This document shows positions 1 through 10,372 of a DNA stretch of 14,348 nt, piece by piece. Source of the stretch: Azolla caroliniana (lineage: Eukaryota > Plantae > Polypodiophyta). The notes beneath the pieces are model-generated. The model was not told where the DNA came from, ran no database searches, and was given only the letters and a program-made list of their open reading frames with translations. The translations under genes were made by a program, and so were the position numbers. How positions within the stretch are numbered: position 1 is the stretch's first letter; each line of letters opens with the position of its first letter. The stretch spans positions 1 to 14,348 of the forward strand of contig JBHGNT010000875.1 in NCBI GenBank assembly GCA_043228905.1, given 5' to 3'.

Positions 1-41
1 AATCATTAGAGTTTCTGAACTAGTTTTGGGATTTTATTCAG

Positions 42-174
42 GTATGAGACAGACGAAGAGGGGTTATGGTTGCATTGCAAGACCTACTCTGGAAAAGGGT
101 GGAAGTATGAGTGTCCGCTTCCCAAATGGGCAAAGTTGCAAAATAGCACCAGAGTGAAAAGGAATCCTTGCTAA
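42..174 (+). CDS. Terminal coding exon of a probable RNA pseudouridine synthase (RluA/RPUSD2/Rib2-like, plant 'RNA pseudouridine synthase 7' type)
   Basis: Acceptor-like ...attttattCAG|G at 39-41. The frame from 43 reads YETDEEGLWLHCKTYSGKGWKYECPLPKWAKLQNSTRVKRNPC* (TAA 172-174). LWLHxxxYxGxxWxYxxPxPxWA matches the C-terminal motif of RPUSD2/Rib2-type synthases as recalled. Absent from the ORF track; upstream exons are outside the window. Confidence 0.75.
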
Positions 175-1545
175 AGGGGAATGGTGCTGAATCATCCTTG
201 CAAGAAAGGGCTGAAGTGGCAAATGATGCCAGAGCAGTAGCAGTAGCAAGAGTGAAGTATTGAATTGCACCAAGTGTGGGTTGGAAGAATTGGTGCAAAT
301 CCGTTCATGCTGAATTTATTTCCTTAAATGGAACCATATTTATGTGCTCTTTTTTCTCACAAAAGTTTCAAGCCATTCCAGGAAACATAGTGCAAACATT
401 TTCAAGTTAGTCCTTAGATGTAGCACTATTCATGATGTAAATTCTTCTTCTTAAATGTAGCACTATTGATGACCGTGCTTGAATGAAACATTGCATGGCA
501 ACATTAGTTTAGGCAGCTCAGTAACCAAAATCTGGATTGCAAACCCTTCACATAAACACAGCTACTACAAAGATAATTTCATGAGCTTCAAGGTCAAATT
601 CACACTACGACCAAGATGTAGGGGCATCTATCTGCCCCATGCAGTCCATAATAAAACAATGCCACTGATGATTTGTCACAAAGCAAGAGATTAACTAAGA
701 AGGTTAATTTGCCTCACTTCAGTAGGGAGTCAACCCATAGATCAGCATACATAATGTGGCGGCAGCCATTCATAGCTCCTTTGATAACAAGCTAAGGAGA
801 TGGTGAGTGATTGAATGATACAAAGCATAGGTTATGTGTGATAGTCTTGCATAACTTCATATGCCAAGGAGACATTGAAAAGAAACTAATGTTGACACTA
901 ACATGAGCACTAACAAGATACAAGGCATAGACATTATACAAGCACTACATCATGCATATAATTACTCATCTTTCCAATCTGCTTGAGGACACTGATTGCC
1001 TCCACCACAAAAACCAACATTCATTCTCCCTTTACAACTGCCTATATATGTATCTCTAATGTTTCTTAAACTCTCTTAGATACCATTACCAATTGTAATG
1101 TGGCTGGAAGAACTTATGACTAAATAGCATATTTTGTAACAACTTTGATAGTTTTGAACGGCACTAATTTCAACTTTAATCATCAAGCAACAAACCTTAA
1201 CATTGGTTATTCCCAATTCAAATTTACATCTCACTAATGAGTTGCCAATTACATCTCATTCCAATACACAAAAAATTGTTGCTGTTTTTCAGTGTCCAAA
1301 AAAGGAAAAACCAATTCCCTTGGGATAAGCCTATAAAACAAGAGATTATATTTTACCTCTATTTCAAAACAAATTAAAATAAATATAATGGAAACATAGG
1401 GTACTAAAGAATCACCATATCAAAGAAAATAGTTTGAACTTGAATAAAATGGAAATTCTACCCTCGAGAAATATCCAACATGGGCCACTCCAAGCCTATC
1501 GAGAGAAGCACCTTTCATGTGGAGTGACAATGACCTTCATTTGTT

Positions 1546-1596
1546 GAGAGAGAGAGAGAGAAAGAATATAATAGAATGGGATAGAATAGAATAGAA
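1546..1596. repeat. (GA)8 microsatellite followed by degenerate (ATAGA)n
   Basis: gagagagagagagaga at 1546-1561, then atagaatgggatagaatagaatagaa. Confidence 0.9.
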
Positions 1597-1698
1597 ATTT
1601 TATCATCCATGACGAAGCCAAATTAGGGAGGTTTGTAGAATGTGAAAATAATGCACACATCTATGCTCCTCCTTGTCAATGGTGAGCACATATGTGCA

Positions 1699-1788
1699 TT
1701 TAACAAGTTATCATATTTTTCATGCCTGTTTAACAAGACACTCACATTATCAAGCACGTTTAACAAGTCATCATATTTCTCATGAATT
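1699..1788. repeat. Three tandem 30-bp units beginning TTTAACAAG
   Basis: Units start at 1699 (tttaacaagttatcatatttttcatg), 1729 (tttaacaagacactcacattatcaag) and 1759 (tttaacaagtcatcatatttctcatg); period exactly 30. Confidence 0.8.
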
Positions 1789-1946
1789 ATCTTATACATT
1801 GAGCATATTATAAGTCGTATTCATTCTCTAGTAGGTTTTCATTGCATGCCTTGCATATCTTCATGTTTGCATGAATGATGCCATGATGGTACCTCAACAC
1901 CTACCTAACTTGTGTGAGTTCGATGAATTTTTAAAGCACTTTGAGA

Positions 1947-2308
1947 GCCAAGGCCTATGGGGGTTCTGAGATGTGATTGTATATTTTTTTTCCTTATATT
2001 GAGGGTAAATATTTGTGATGCAATAATCCAACTTTGATATTTCAACATCTTGCCACTTCATCCTAAGGCCTCTAGTAATCTATTCTCAATGATCACATAC
2101 TTCATAAGATTACTTGAGAGCTCAAGGGCCAAGGCTCGTGGTGGTAGTGAGATGTGAGACATTTTAACATTTTTTCCTTATATTCGGGGTTAGTAATTGC
2201 AATGTAATATTCTAATTTTGACATTTTAGCATCTTGCTACCTCATCCTCAATAATCACAACATCATATCATCACCTAAAATATCCAATAGATCTTTTATT
2301 TCCCTTCT
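1947..2308 (-). mobile_element. 3' portion of a decayed non-LTR retrotransposon (LINE), with a diverged ~120-bp internal duplication
   Basis: Removing the copia element and one CTTCT joins the minus-strand reading IDIMKWFRRREIKDLLDIL across the junction. Further on, LRMKWQDVEISKLDYCITNIYPQYK resembles LINE ORF2 C-terminal sequence. Confidence 0.5.
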
Positions 2309-2749
2309 TGTTAAGAATTAGGTAATTATGCAAGGGTTAATTAGTACCTAATTATGTGCTTAAGTTAAGCGAAAGATTAAGTGGTATGTGTGTGTATGTG
2401 TGTGAGAGGAAGAGAGAGAGAAGTGCACTTATGAGCAACACAAGATGGGGGATGATTAACTCTATATTAAATTAGCATCACCATCATCAAATACAAAAAC
2501 ACCCACAATGAGGTATACATATATACATCTCATGTGCAAAGGTGCACATGTGTGAGTAGAATATAGGTACAAGGGTGTAAGTCCTATATTAAATGTATTC
2601 AGGAGTGGAGGATCTAGAATATCCCACTTAAGTACAAGGTCCTATTTAAGGCGTTATAGTCAACACTTTTAACTAGATTCTATCTAGGTAACTACGAAGT
2701 TACATGGTTGACTAAATAACTAAATTAAGTTGAGCTTGATCTCTCAACA
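2309..2749 (-). repeat. 3' LTR of the copia element
   Basis: tgttaagaattagg...gatctctcaaca, adjacent to the PPT. Manual alignment to the other LTR gives about 33 substitutions plus about 5 small indels (~92% identity). Confidence 0.96.
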
Positions 2750-2759
2750 CGCCCCCTCA
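2750..2759 (-). other. Polypurine tract of the copia element
   Basis: Minus strand reads TGAGGGGGCG immediately before the LTR's TGTTG. Confidence 0.85.
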
Positions 2760-2909
2760 AGCTCAACTATGAGGCGTCCAAAATCTGCTTTGGCTTTCGT
2801 CGGGTTCATGTGCTTCCGTCTAGCCTTCGGCTTTCATCGCCGTGGCAATCTCTGTTCCTCCCACTCAAGCCGGTGACGAAGGCTTGTAGTGTATGGGCGA
2901 AGGTTGACT

Positions 2910-4149
2910 ACTTCCACCCATCGTGGGTTACGAGCCGCTTCGGTGGAGCTCTTGGGCTCTTGTTCGGCCACTACCTTCATCGCGAAAGCATAGTGATGGG
3001 CCAAGACCAAATTCTTCGTTATTGTGGGCACGTGCAAGACATTCTTGATGCAATTTTTCTCGCCTTCTTTCCCGAATGCGACATTGCCGATGTGTCGAAT
3101 GGGATGTGTGGTGTCATCTCCCGTCTCTATGAAGTCGGGTCGGTCCGACGTTCGTAAGTCACGAAACCACTCTTGGTGTGACATCATATGATGTGAGGTG
3201 TCAGAATCATGAACCACACGTCTTACGAATTGGAGGTTCTCACAGAGTTAGAGGCCGACATAGAGTTCACTCTATGCCTCATTACGAATAGTCTGTACTA
3301 ATCACCGTATTCGGAGTTGGTGGCGTAATTCGTGAGTTGTCGACTTGTCGAAGGCGACTCGCTTCTTCCTTTTCGGCACTCCTCGCGATGGTCGATTTTT
3401 CCACAATAGTTGCAAGTTGCAGGCCTCATTTGCCAACCTTGTTCGGCATGGAAGCTCCCCCTTCTTCCAAAGGTTCCTCGATGGCTTCCGTGAAGGTTTG
3501 AGTTCCCTTCGTGTGATGGGCCGAATTGGCCTCTTCTACCATCGTGACCTCCTCCGTCGTGACCTCGTCCTCGACCACCATCTAAATTTGTTTAAAACAT
3601 TTGTCCTTTCGATGTCTTGGTTTTGGTTTGGACGTAGTTCTCTTCAACCATTAACATTGATTGAAGGTCAAAGAACGAAGGAGGGTTTTCCCTCGCCAAG
3701 ATTGTCGTCCTCAACAAGTCGAATTGTTGTGCGAGGCCACCTAAGCATACTTGAACCATCTTGTCTTCATCGAAGTTTATTTTGATGGAGCCAAGCTAGT
3801 CAGAAATGCTCTTGATCTTGCCGGTGTAGTCTGACACGGACATGTCTTTTTGCCAAATGTTGTTGGCGGTTGTGTTGGCGACGAATATTTTCTTTAAGTT
3901 CTCTCACACCTCTTTGGGCAACTTGGTGTCTCGAATGTGGCTAAGCATGTGGTCATGGACACATGTTGCCAAGCAATACATGACTCAACTCACCACTTGC
4001 TCCCAGCCATTCTTTGGGTCGGGTCAATTTTTTTAAGCATCGTTTATGTAGCTCCAATACCCTTGGCTAACTAGGTATTGGTTCATTTTGTACTCCCAAG
4101 ATGAATAATTGCTTCGGTCTAGCTTTTCACTAGGGAGCAAGCTACCCAT
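2910..4149 (-). pseudogene. Copia gag-protease remnant with stops, frameshifts and deletions
   Basis: ATG at 4149 gives MGSLLPSEKLDRSNYSSWEYKMNQYLVSQGYWSYI (copia gag N-terminus). Then HDHMLSHIRDTKLPKEV*ENLKKIF and DMSVSDYTGKIKSISD*LGSI...LQSMLMVEE (UBN2/gag), Zn knuckle CNYCGKIDHREEC (~3376-3414), protease DSDTSHHM...LHVPTITKNLV (degenerate DSGAS), and a pre-RT linker EPKSSTEAARNPRWVE. Confidence 0.9.
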
Positions 4150-4319
4150 TTATGTGTTCATTTTGATGTAGTGTCTTCTCTTATTTTGCTTTTCTTCCTT
4201 CGATCACATACACGTGCTACGTAACGACACTACAATAGCCAATAGCCAAATTTTGTCATCAGTGTCTCAAACACACAATCACAGAGTCGGGTGAGCTTAG
4301 TGGATTTGCTAAACCACAC

Positions 4320-4331
4320 ACTCTAATACCA
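4320..4331 (-). other. Primer-binding site (initiator tRNA-Met) of the copia element
   Basis: Minus strand TGGTATTAGAG directly after the LTR end ...TAACA; one mismatch to canonical TGGTATCAGAG. Confidence 0.9.
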
Positions 4332-4772
4332 TGTTAAGAATTAGGTAATTAAGCAAGGTTTAATTAATACTTAATTATGTGATTAAGTTAAGCGAAAGAT
4401 TAAGTGATGTGTGTGTGTAGTGTGTGAGAGGAAGAGAGAGAGAAGTACATTTACGAGCAACACAAGATGGGGGATTATTATCTCTACATTAAATTAGCAT
4501 CATTATCATCATCAAATACAAAAATGCCCATAATGAGGTATATATACATCTCATGTGCAAAGGTGCATATGTGTGAGTAGAATATAGGTAACTAAGGGGT
4601 TAAGTCCTATATTAAATGTACTAAAGAGTGGAGGATCTAGAATATCTCACTTAAGCACAAGGTCCTATTTAAGGTATTATAGTCAACACTTTTAACTAGA
4701 TCCTATCTAAGTAACTACGAAGCTATATGGTTGACTAAATAACTAAATTAAGTTGAGCTTGATCTATCAACA
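4332..4772 (-). repeat. 5' LTR of the copia element
   Basis: tgttaagaattagg...gatctatcaaca, flanked by the PBS inside and TSD CTTCT outside. Confidence 0.96.
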
Positions 4773-5485
4773 CTTCTCCTAAACCACTTCATAATGTCTA
4801 TCACCTATGAAAGTGAGAGAATTTTGCTCTTATTAGTTTTTTATACTTCACATCCTATGTTCTCTATACTTGGGTAATCTATGATCAACCATATTCTGCT
4901 TGTATACTTTTTGCATGGCTAGTACCTCTATGGATTAAGCACCTATTTCTAGCAACATGATGGTATAGGATGTTGAGGATTTTCTAATGGATCAAGCAGC
5001 TACACTTCCGCTCCATAAAGCAACAACATAGCATTGAACATCAATCTCACTTCCCATCCCCGAGTATCATTTCGATTGCATTCATTCTCAAATATATTGT
5101 AAGTAATCAAACCCACTTGAAGTTTAGACCCATAACATACATTCCACCTATTTGTCAATGGGCCATTAATACCAAGATATTTGAAGCTTTGCACCACTTG
5201 CATTGGTTCTCCCTTGAATATAAACATGGGGTAGTTTCTCTGTTGTACTGTCTTTATTGCCATCATTTTTGTTTTGTCCACTTTAGTAGTTAGCCCACCG
5301 ATTTGACAAAATGTGTCCCCTACATGAAGTGTTACATATCATCCAAATTACATGAAAACAAAGCAACATCATCAACATATAAGAGTATCAAAATAAGCTC
5401 ATGCACGAGTTTTGGACCATACTAATCCTTCTTCATGTTTATCAATGCGTAGTTCAAAGATAGAGGAAAGAGATTAACATTTTTT
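4773..5485 (-). mobile_element. Decayed LINE reverse transcriptase C-terminal/thumb region
   Basis: Minus strand ELILILLYVDDVA (YxDD at 5368-5379), FCQIGGLTTKVDKTKMM, VVQSFKYLGI and LLYGAEV, then STSYTIMLLEIGA*SIE...HRLPK. These are non-LTR RT domains 5-7 and downstream motifs, with many stops and frameshifts. Confidence 0.85.
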
Positions 5486-5488
5486 TAA

Positions 5489-5582
5489 GATGCCGAAATG
5501 ACCTATAAGAATACCAAACTAGAGATTACATCATAAAATGTTGTCTTTAAGAACAACAAACCAAAATAAATGTAACTAAGTA
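5489..5582. repeat. Dispersed short repeat, copy 1
   Basis: gatgccgaaatgacctataagaataccaaactagagattacatcataaaatgttgtctttaagaac...atgtaactaag; similar to copies at 8004, 9450 and 11783. Confidence 0.75.
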
Positions 5583-6580
5583 AAACGTAAATCAATAATC
5601 CAGTTATGTATAGGTATACATGTATAATTCTTGAGTCAAATAGATTGTGATTTGAACTGCACCTAGGCTAGAGATTCTAAATAAAGGCTCTTTAATATCT
5701 CAAAAAGAAACCACAAGAATAATTTATAGATAAACGCTTAAAATGTATACATAATAAAATAAAAAAGGTAACTGTAACATCCACTAGTTACAGTGTTACA
5801 CTGCATCCTTTTCAGTGAAAACCTAGTAATTAGTATACACAACATTCTACAAGCCCTACTAGAATTCCTTTCCTCCTTTAAGATTTGAGAGAATGTTCAA
5901 TTCAACCCAACAATTGAAATGATTCTACACTTACAAATGAATCTTTTTACTTACACTAGTAAATAATGGTATCATTGTCGCTGCCCATGAATATAGTGGT
6001 GCATTATTGTCCTGATACAAACCAAGAGAGATATAAAATAAGGAATTACAAAAGAAATCAATACTACTGCCATAAAAAAAACAAAATGGGCTGGGGAGTG
6101 TTTGTGAAATGTATCTTCTGTTAAACTGGCTAAATTTATGACAAAATATATAACAAATATATATGAATTTCATAGAAATTTTTATATTCCTATCAGATTT
6201 AATTCCCTCTATAAATACTTCCAATCAGGATGTTCAAAAACCTGGACTCGCTCACCATTTTAGTGAAACCCTTGTCGGCCTAGTGGTTCGGACCCTTGCC
6301 CTATAAGAAGGCTGTTGTCCAAAGGCCAAACTCTGCCCGCACCCCCCAAGGCAATATATATTATTTGTGAAGTAAAATTGAACGCTTTAAAACTATCTCC
6401 TAGTTGTCACAAATGAAAAAGAAAAAGAAGAAACCTACAAAACTGACTGAATCAAGTCAAATAGCTGACCTTCCCAAGAGGAACTGAGTTTTACTTTTGT
6501 TTTTCTTCTCATAACCCAATTCACATGATGTTGGAAAATGCTGTCCAAATTATAGCTATTAACAGTTTAGTGGATTTGTT

Positions 6581-6763
6581 TTATGGTTTCCGCAAGCTTG
6601 CAGTGGCAGCAACGACGACGGCAACAAGCAATCCAAGGCTTGCACCAACGGCAGAAGCTGTTGCTGTCGGAGTCAGTGCTCCTTTACCATGCTTCGTTTG
6701 ATGAGCCGTAGCTCTTAACAAGTCATCCTTCATTGCCTCTAACAATTGCTCCTTACAGAATTC
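6581..6763 (-). CDS. Last exon of At3g07400-like lipase class 3 / P-loop domain protein (C-terminal hydrophobic anchor)
   Basis: Acceptor ttctctttttcCAG|GAA (6764-6766); EFCKEQLLEAMK...SAVGASLGLLVAVVVAATASLRKP*. The end matches the family C-terminus AVGAS...LRKP; 183 nt in frame. Confidence 0.92.
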   Translation of the reverse strand, partial: EFCKEQLLEAMKDDLLRATAHQTKHGKGALTPTATASAVGASLGLLVAVVVAATASLRKP

Positions 6764-6788
6764 CTGGAAAAAGAGAATGCACTTTATA

Positions 6789-7000
6789 GAAAGCACAGAA
6801 AAACACTACTGAATAGAGAAAGAAGGTTCTTTGATAGCATGGAGAAACACTACTAAAATAAGAGACAATCTTTGTGTATACCATAGCAGCGAAAACAATA
6901 TTAGAATAAAAGTTAAAGAAATTTTTCTGATATTGTACATAGCATGGAAGACAAGGAAACAAGCTTTCCTCGTATCTTCCTTGGATAGCATGGAAAACAG
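6789..7000. repeat. Degenerate intronic tandem repeat (ATAGCATGGA..AACA core)
   Basis: Core copies at ~6834, 6883, 6939 and 6985, plus a weaker one at ~6789; spacing 45-56 bp. Confidence 0.6.
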
Positions 7001-7079
7001 TACAGATAAACAAGGTTTATTCATACCACATACATAAGCATGTCAAAACACCACAACTAAATACAGAGATGTTGGATAC

Positions 7080-7616
7080 CCTGAGTGTGGCATCTTCATG
7101 TTCCAAGAGCACCCGATTCACCAGATCCCTCAAGTTTTTGACACCATCGATAGGTAAAACCATGTCCTTTCTACGGAAGGGAAGTTGGATAAGGCTGATA
7201 GGAGCAGCAATAAGCCTGTTCAAATTTGCCATTCTCCTTTCTACCGCATCTACACCTAGTTTTTCTTGTGTAATGGAACTGTTGTCACCTCCAACTCTAT
7301 GTTGATGCAACACATAGGGGCTTGAATTTACAATAACTGAAAGATCAGAAGGTATCTGATAAGTTCTTATCACACTTGCAGATGCTGATTGTCTTTGTTC
7401 TGCACTAACTGCAAATTTGTTGGTGATTGCCAAAATTCTGGGAATTCTTGCAGCAGCTACCTCATCCAATAGAACCGAAAGTGCTGGTTTTTCAGACTGA
7501 TGTAGTCTAGGAATTTTGTGAGCAAGATTATGTACAAGGATGATAAGGTCCACCTTTTTGCTTCCTTCCATGGGAGAAACTTCTTGTCTTAGCAGATCAA
7601 CTTCACCAGATAGATC
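7080..7616 (-). CDS. Internal exon of At3g07400-like protein (GTPase-like G4 region)
   Basis: tttgtCAG|GAT acceptor (7617-7619) and AGG|GTatcc donor; 537 nt, phase 0/0. DLSGEVDLLRQE...KKVDLIILVHNLAHKIPR...PALSVLLDE...ILAITNKFAVSA...VNSSPYV...HEDATLR. Confidence 0.93.
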
Positions 7617-8003
7617 CTGACAAACATTGGAAGGAAGTTAGAACTCCATATTAATCATCAGTGACTTCCCTTACTGTGTCCCTCAATTCAAAAGATCGTT
7701 ACGACAAGCATTTTGTAGTACTATTACTGTGAGCTGTTATTAGACCACTTTGAGCATACTCAATGTTTACGTAGCATAAATACTAGTCTCAACATTTTCT
7801 ACGTATGAAGCTTTTTATATACTAAATATGTGAACATGCCAGTCCTTATTAAAGCTTTGTGAAATAAGGAACAGAGAATCTAACAATACAGGAGTAAGAC
7901 GGTAAAAGACTATTCTAAACCATTATGCTAGTCTGCTTACAAAGTTGTGTTAAACTGAAATTCCATGGCATACATGAAACTATATTATATGAATGACTTT
8001 GAA

Positions 8004-8150
8004 GAGGCCAAAATGATCTACAAGACCAAACAAGACAAATCTTTTCTCATCTTTGAGAATGACAACCAAAGTAAATATAACTAAGCATGGCGCACTAAAG
8101 CATCTACATATGTAAGAGCTTAAAATTCTGAACATAGATAGACCGAAACT
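8004..8150. repeat. Dispersed short repeat, copy 2
   Basis: gaggccaaaatgatctacaagaccaaacaagac...ctttgagaatgacaaccaaagtaaatataactaag...attctgaa...gaccgaaact. Confidence 0.7.
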
Positions 8151-9449
8151 TTTCTTTGAAAAAAAAAAGAATAAAAGATATATTAACGTCTACTCGAGGC
8201 CAAACAGACAACAAGATAAATCATGTTTACAATACAGGTAAATTAATTTGATCCACACTCAAAAAGGGTATAGTTTTCCTAAAAATCAAGGACAATGATC
8301 TTGATGCATGTAGTGGAATGGCTTTGGAGATGGTTTAGCATCAAATGCATAATTAATATGCATTAGTTTGAGTAGTGGTGAAAGGATACTGTATCCGAGC
8401 TTGGTTCTTGTAGTGAAAAGAGGCTATGGCGAAGTTCACCAAGTGCATCTGGACGTGTCTGAGCGGATTGGACATGGTGAGCAATAATCTTCATGATCTA
8501 ATGATGGTATGGCCCATGTGCATTATATTTCGATATTTGCAGTTTCCATTGTCGTTGGAATAACTCTGCTCGCTCTGTGATGACACCTTACCACGTTGGG
8601 GCAACAGAAGAAGACAGCAATGTGTGATTGCTGTAACATCCCACATGCTTTTTATAAGGGTTGATTCCCTATGTTTTTTATGCTCAAGCATGCTTTGGCC
8701 AAGGCGACGTGGTCAGCCTTCTTCACCAGTTGTCAAATGGTGGTGGAATCCACATAGAGGATGGCATACTCTTCTCTTATGTGATTATAAGCTAGGCATC
8801 CGCAAAATTATTCCTCCCTCCTGATCTTTCCTTCACATAATTTTGCGAAATCTTTTGGCTCTAGGTATGTGAAGTCCTCATCCTGTTTCAATCTCTAAGC
8901 AGTTGGAGGGAACTATAAGTTGGCCTATTGCTTTGTGGAAGTTATGGGGCATGTAGGCATCCGTGTACCTTGGTCTTTGTATGAATCCATCCTCTGAGAA
9001 GTTCATAAAATTATCTTTATAGTAGACTATATTGGTGAGAAAAGGCTCCCTTGGTGTGAAGCCTTTGAGTATAGAGTTGCCATAGGTCTTGCCTCAATAC
9101 CACATTCCCTTCATCATCGGAAGACTGGCAAGTTATTAATCCCAATGCCACTGTTATTGAACCAATACATCATTTGTGAGTATCACAATCAGTCTCCATG
9201 TTCTATGGTTGCCATTTCTTTTGATGCTTCAAATGTCTTCATGCATTTATTTGATGTGAAAAAATTGGGATCTGGTTTATGAAGTTGACTATTTTGAATG
9301 ATGCTTCAACAATCCTGGTTGTGCAGCAAATTCAAATGATATGATCTCATGTGGGGTGGCGGCTTCGTTACATATCTCTGACAATATCATGACTATGGGA
9401 CAGTATTTGTGTCCACATGTAGATGGGGAGGCTATTAAACATTGATTAA

Positions 9450-9606
9450 GCAGCAAAAATGGCCTATGGGACCAATGAGAGACTACATCTTAAAATGTTG
9501 TCTTGTCTTCAAGAACAATTGCTCAAATAGATGTAACTAAATTTAAGATACCAATGAATCTTTTTAGCTACACAATTAAGATTCTGAATTTAAGTGGACT
9601 GAAACT
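9450..9606. repeat. Dispersed short repeat, copy 3
   Basis: gcagcaaaaatggcctatgggaccaatgagagactacatcttaaaatgttgtcttgtcttcaagaac...atgtaactaa...attctgaa...gactgaaact. Confidence 0.75.
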
Positions 9607-10076
9607 TCTGCCTTCAAAATTTGTGGAGGTTCTTTGCCGATGAACTGTTGTCCTTCAACAATTCTTTTTCCACCTTTTCAGTTCTAACAACAACAGTCCC
9701 AAGCATTGTTGGTCCTCATCTTCAATTACCTCACATAGTGGGCATAAGGAAGCTCATAAAAGTCCATGTCCCTTGATACAAACTCCTCATACATTGTTGA
9801 TTTGCATATCGTGTCGCAACTAGGAATCGTCCTTATTCAGCAAAACACTCAACACAGTACATGCCTCAGTAATTGAAGTGCATCTCATAGAAGTAGTACA
9901 ATGGAATCCAATCATGAGCCCTACACATGGAAAATATCCTAAAATATTGCATGGAAGAAGTGACCTCCAAATGACAATGTGACTAGAAGTGACTCTGTAG
10001 GACATATTCTAAACACAAGCATGCACACATCGTAAAAATCAAAATATCTTTGGATTCCACTTGTATCGTAACACAC

Positions 10077-10229
10077 CTGAAGATTGACTCCAGCTGGATC
10101 AACAAAAGCTACTCCTTCAGCAACTCCTTCTCTTCGATTAACATCAGGAAACAGACCATCACTTGTATTGAACATTGTGGCCCAACTTTGTCCTAGAAGA
10201 GCATAGTATAATGAAGTTTTTCCAGCACC
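10077..10229 (-). CDS. Internal exon of At3g07400-like protein (P-loop GAGKTS and DxxG)
   Basis: tgtgCAG|GGT acceptor (10230-10232) and CAG|GTgtgt donor; 153 nt. GAGKTSLYYALLGQ...EGVAEGVAFVDPAGVNLQ. Confidence 0.93.
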
Positions 10230-10372
10230 CTGCACAAATTTGAAGGAAGGAAATTTGTGAGAGTGATTTCATTAAATTCATTTATGCATTGTGCTGTGAT
10301 CAGAAGAACAGGAAACGAATTGCCATAAAGTGTTCCACTTCCATGCTCAGAAAACAATGCAAAAATGATCAC

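Larger units (their letters stand above)
2309..4772 (-). mobile_element. Internally deleted, non-autonomous Ty1/copia LTR retrotransposon (2464 bp)
   Basis: Two 441-bp direct repeats TG...CA (2309-2749, 4332-4772); perfect 5-bp TSD CTTCT (2304-2308, 4773-4777); minus-strand PBS and PPT; copia gag and protease remnants. Confidence 0.96.

Noticed and set aside
38-298. Minus-strand ORFs 38-298 and 64-273
   Set aside because: Antisense shadows of the plus-strand terminal exon and its 3' UTR; no recognisable motifs.
418-472. 18-bp near-perfect direct repeat atgtagcactatt(c/g)atga
   Set aside because: Only two copies; an ordinary local duplication.
1699-1788. CRISPR-like periodicity
   Set aside because: Whole units are similar with no unique spacers; eukaryotic context with no cas genes.
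2810-4036. Plus-strand ORFs 2810-3157, 3345-3785 and 3842-4036
   Set aside because: Antisense to copia gag/protease remnants.
5931-6224. 97-aa minus-strand ORF
   Set aside because: Low-complexity F/I/Y-rich translation of AT-rich DNA downstream of the gene; no domain.
8004-9606. Repeat copies 2 and 3 as LTRs of a TRIM-like element
   Set aside because: No TG...CA termini, PBS, PPT or TSD; low mutual identity; other copies lie elsewhere.
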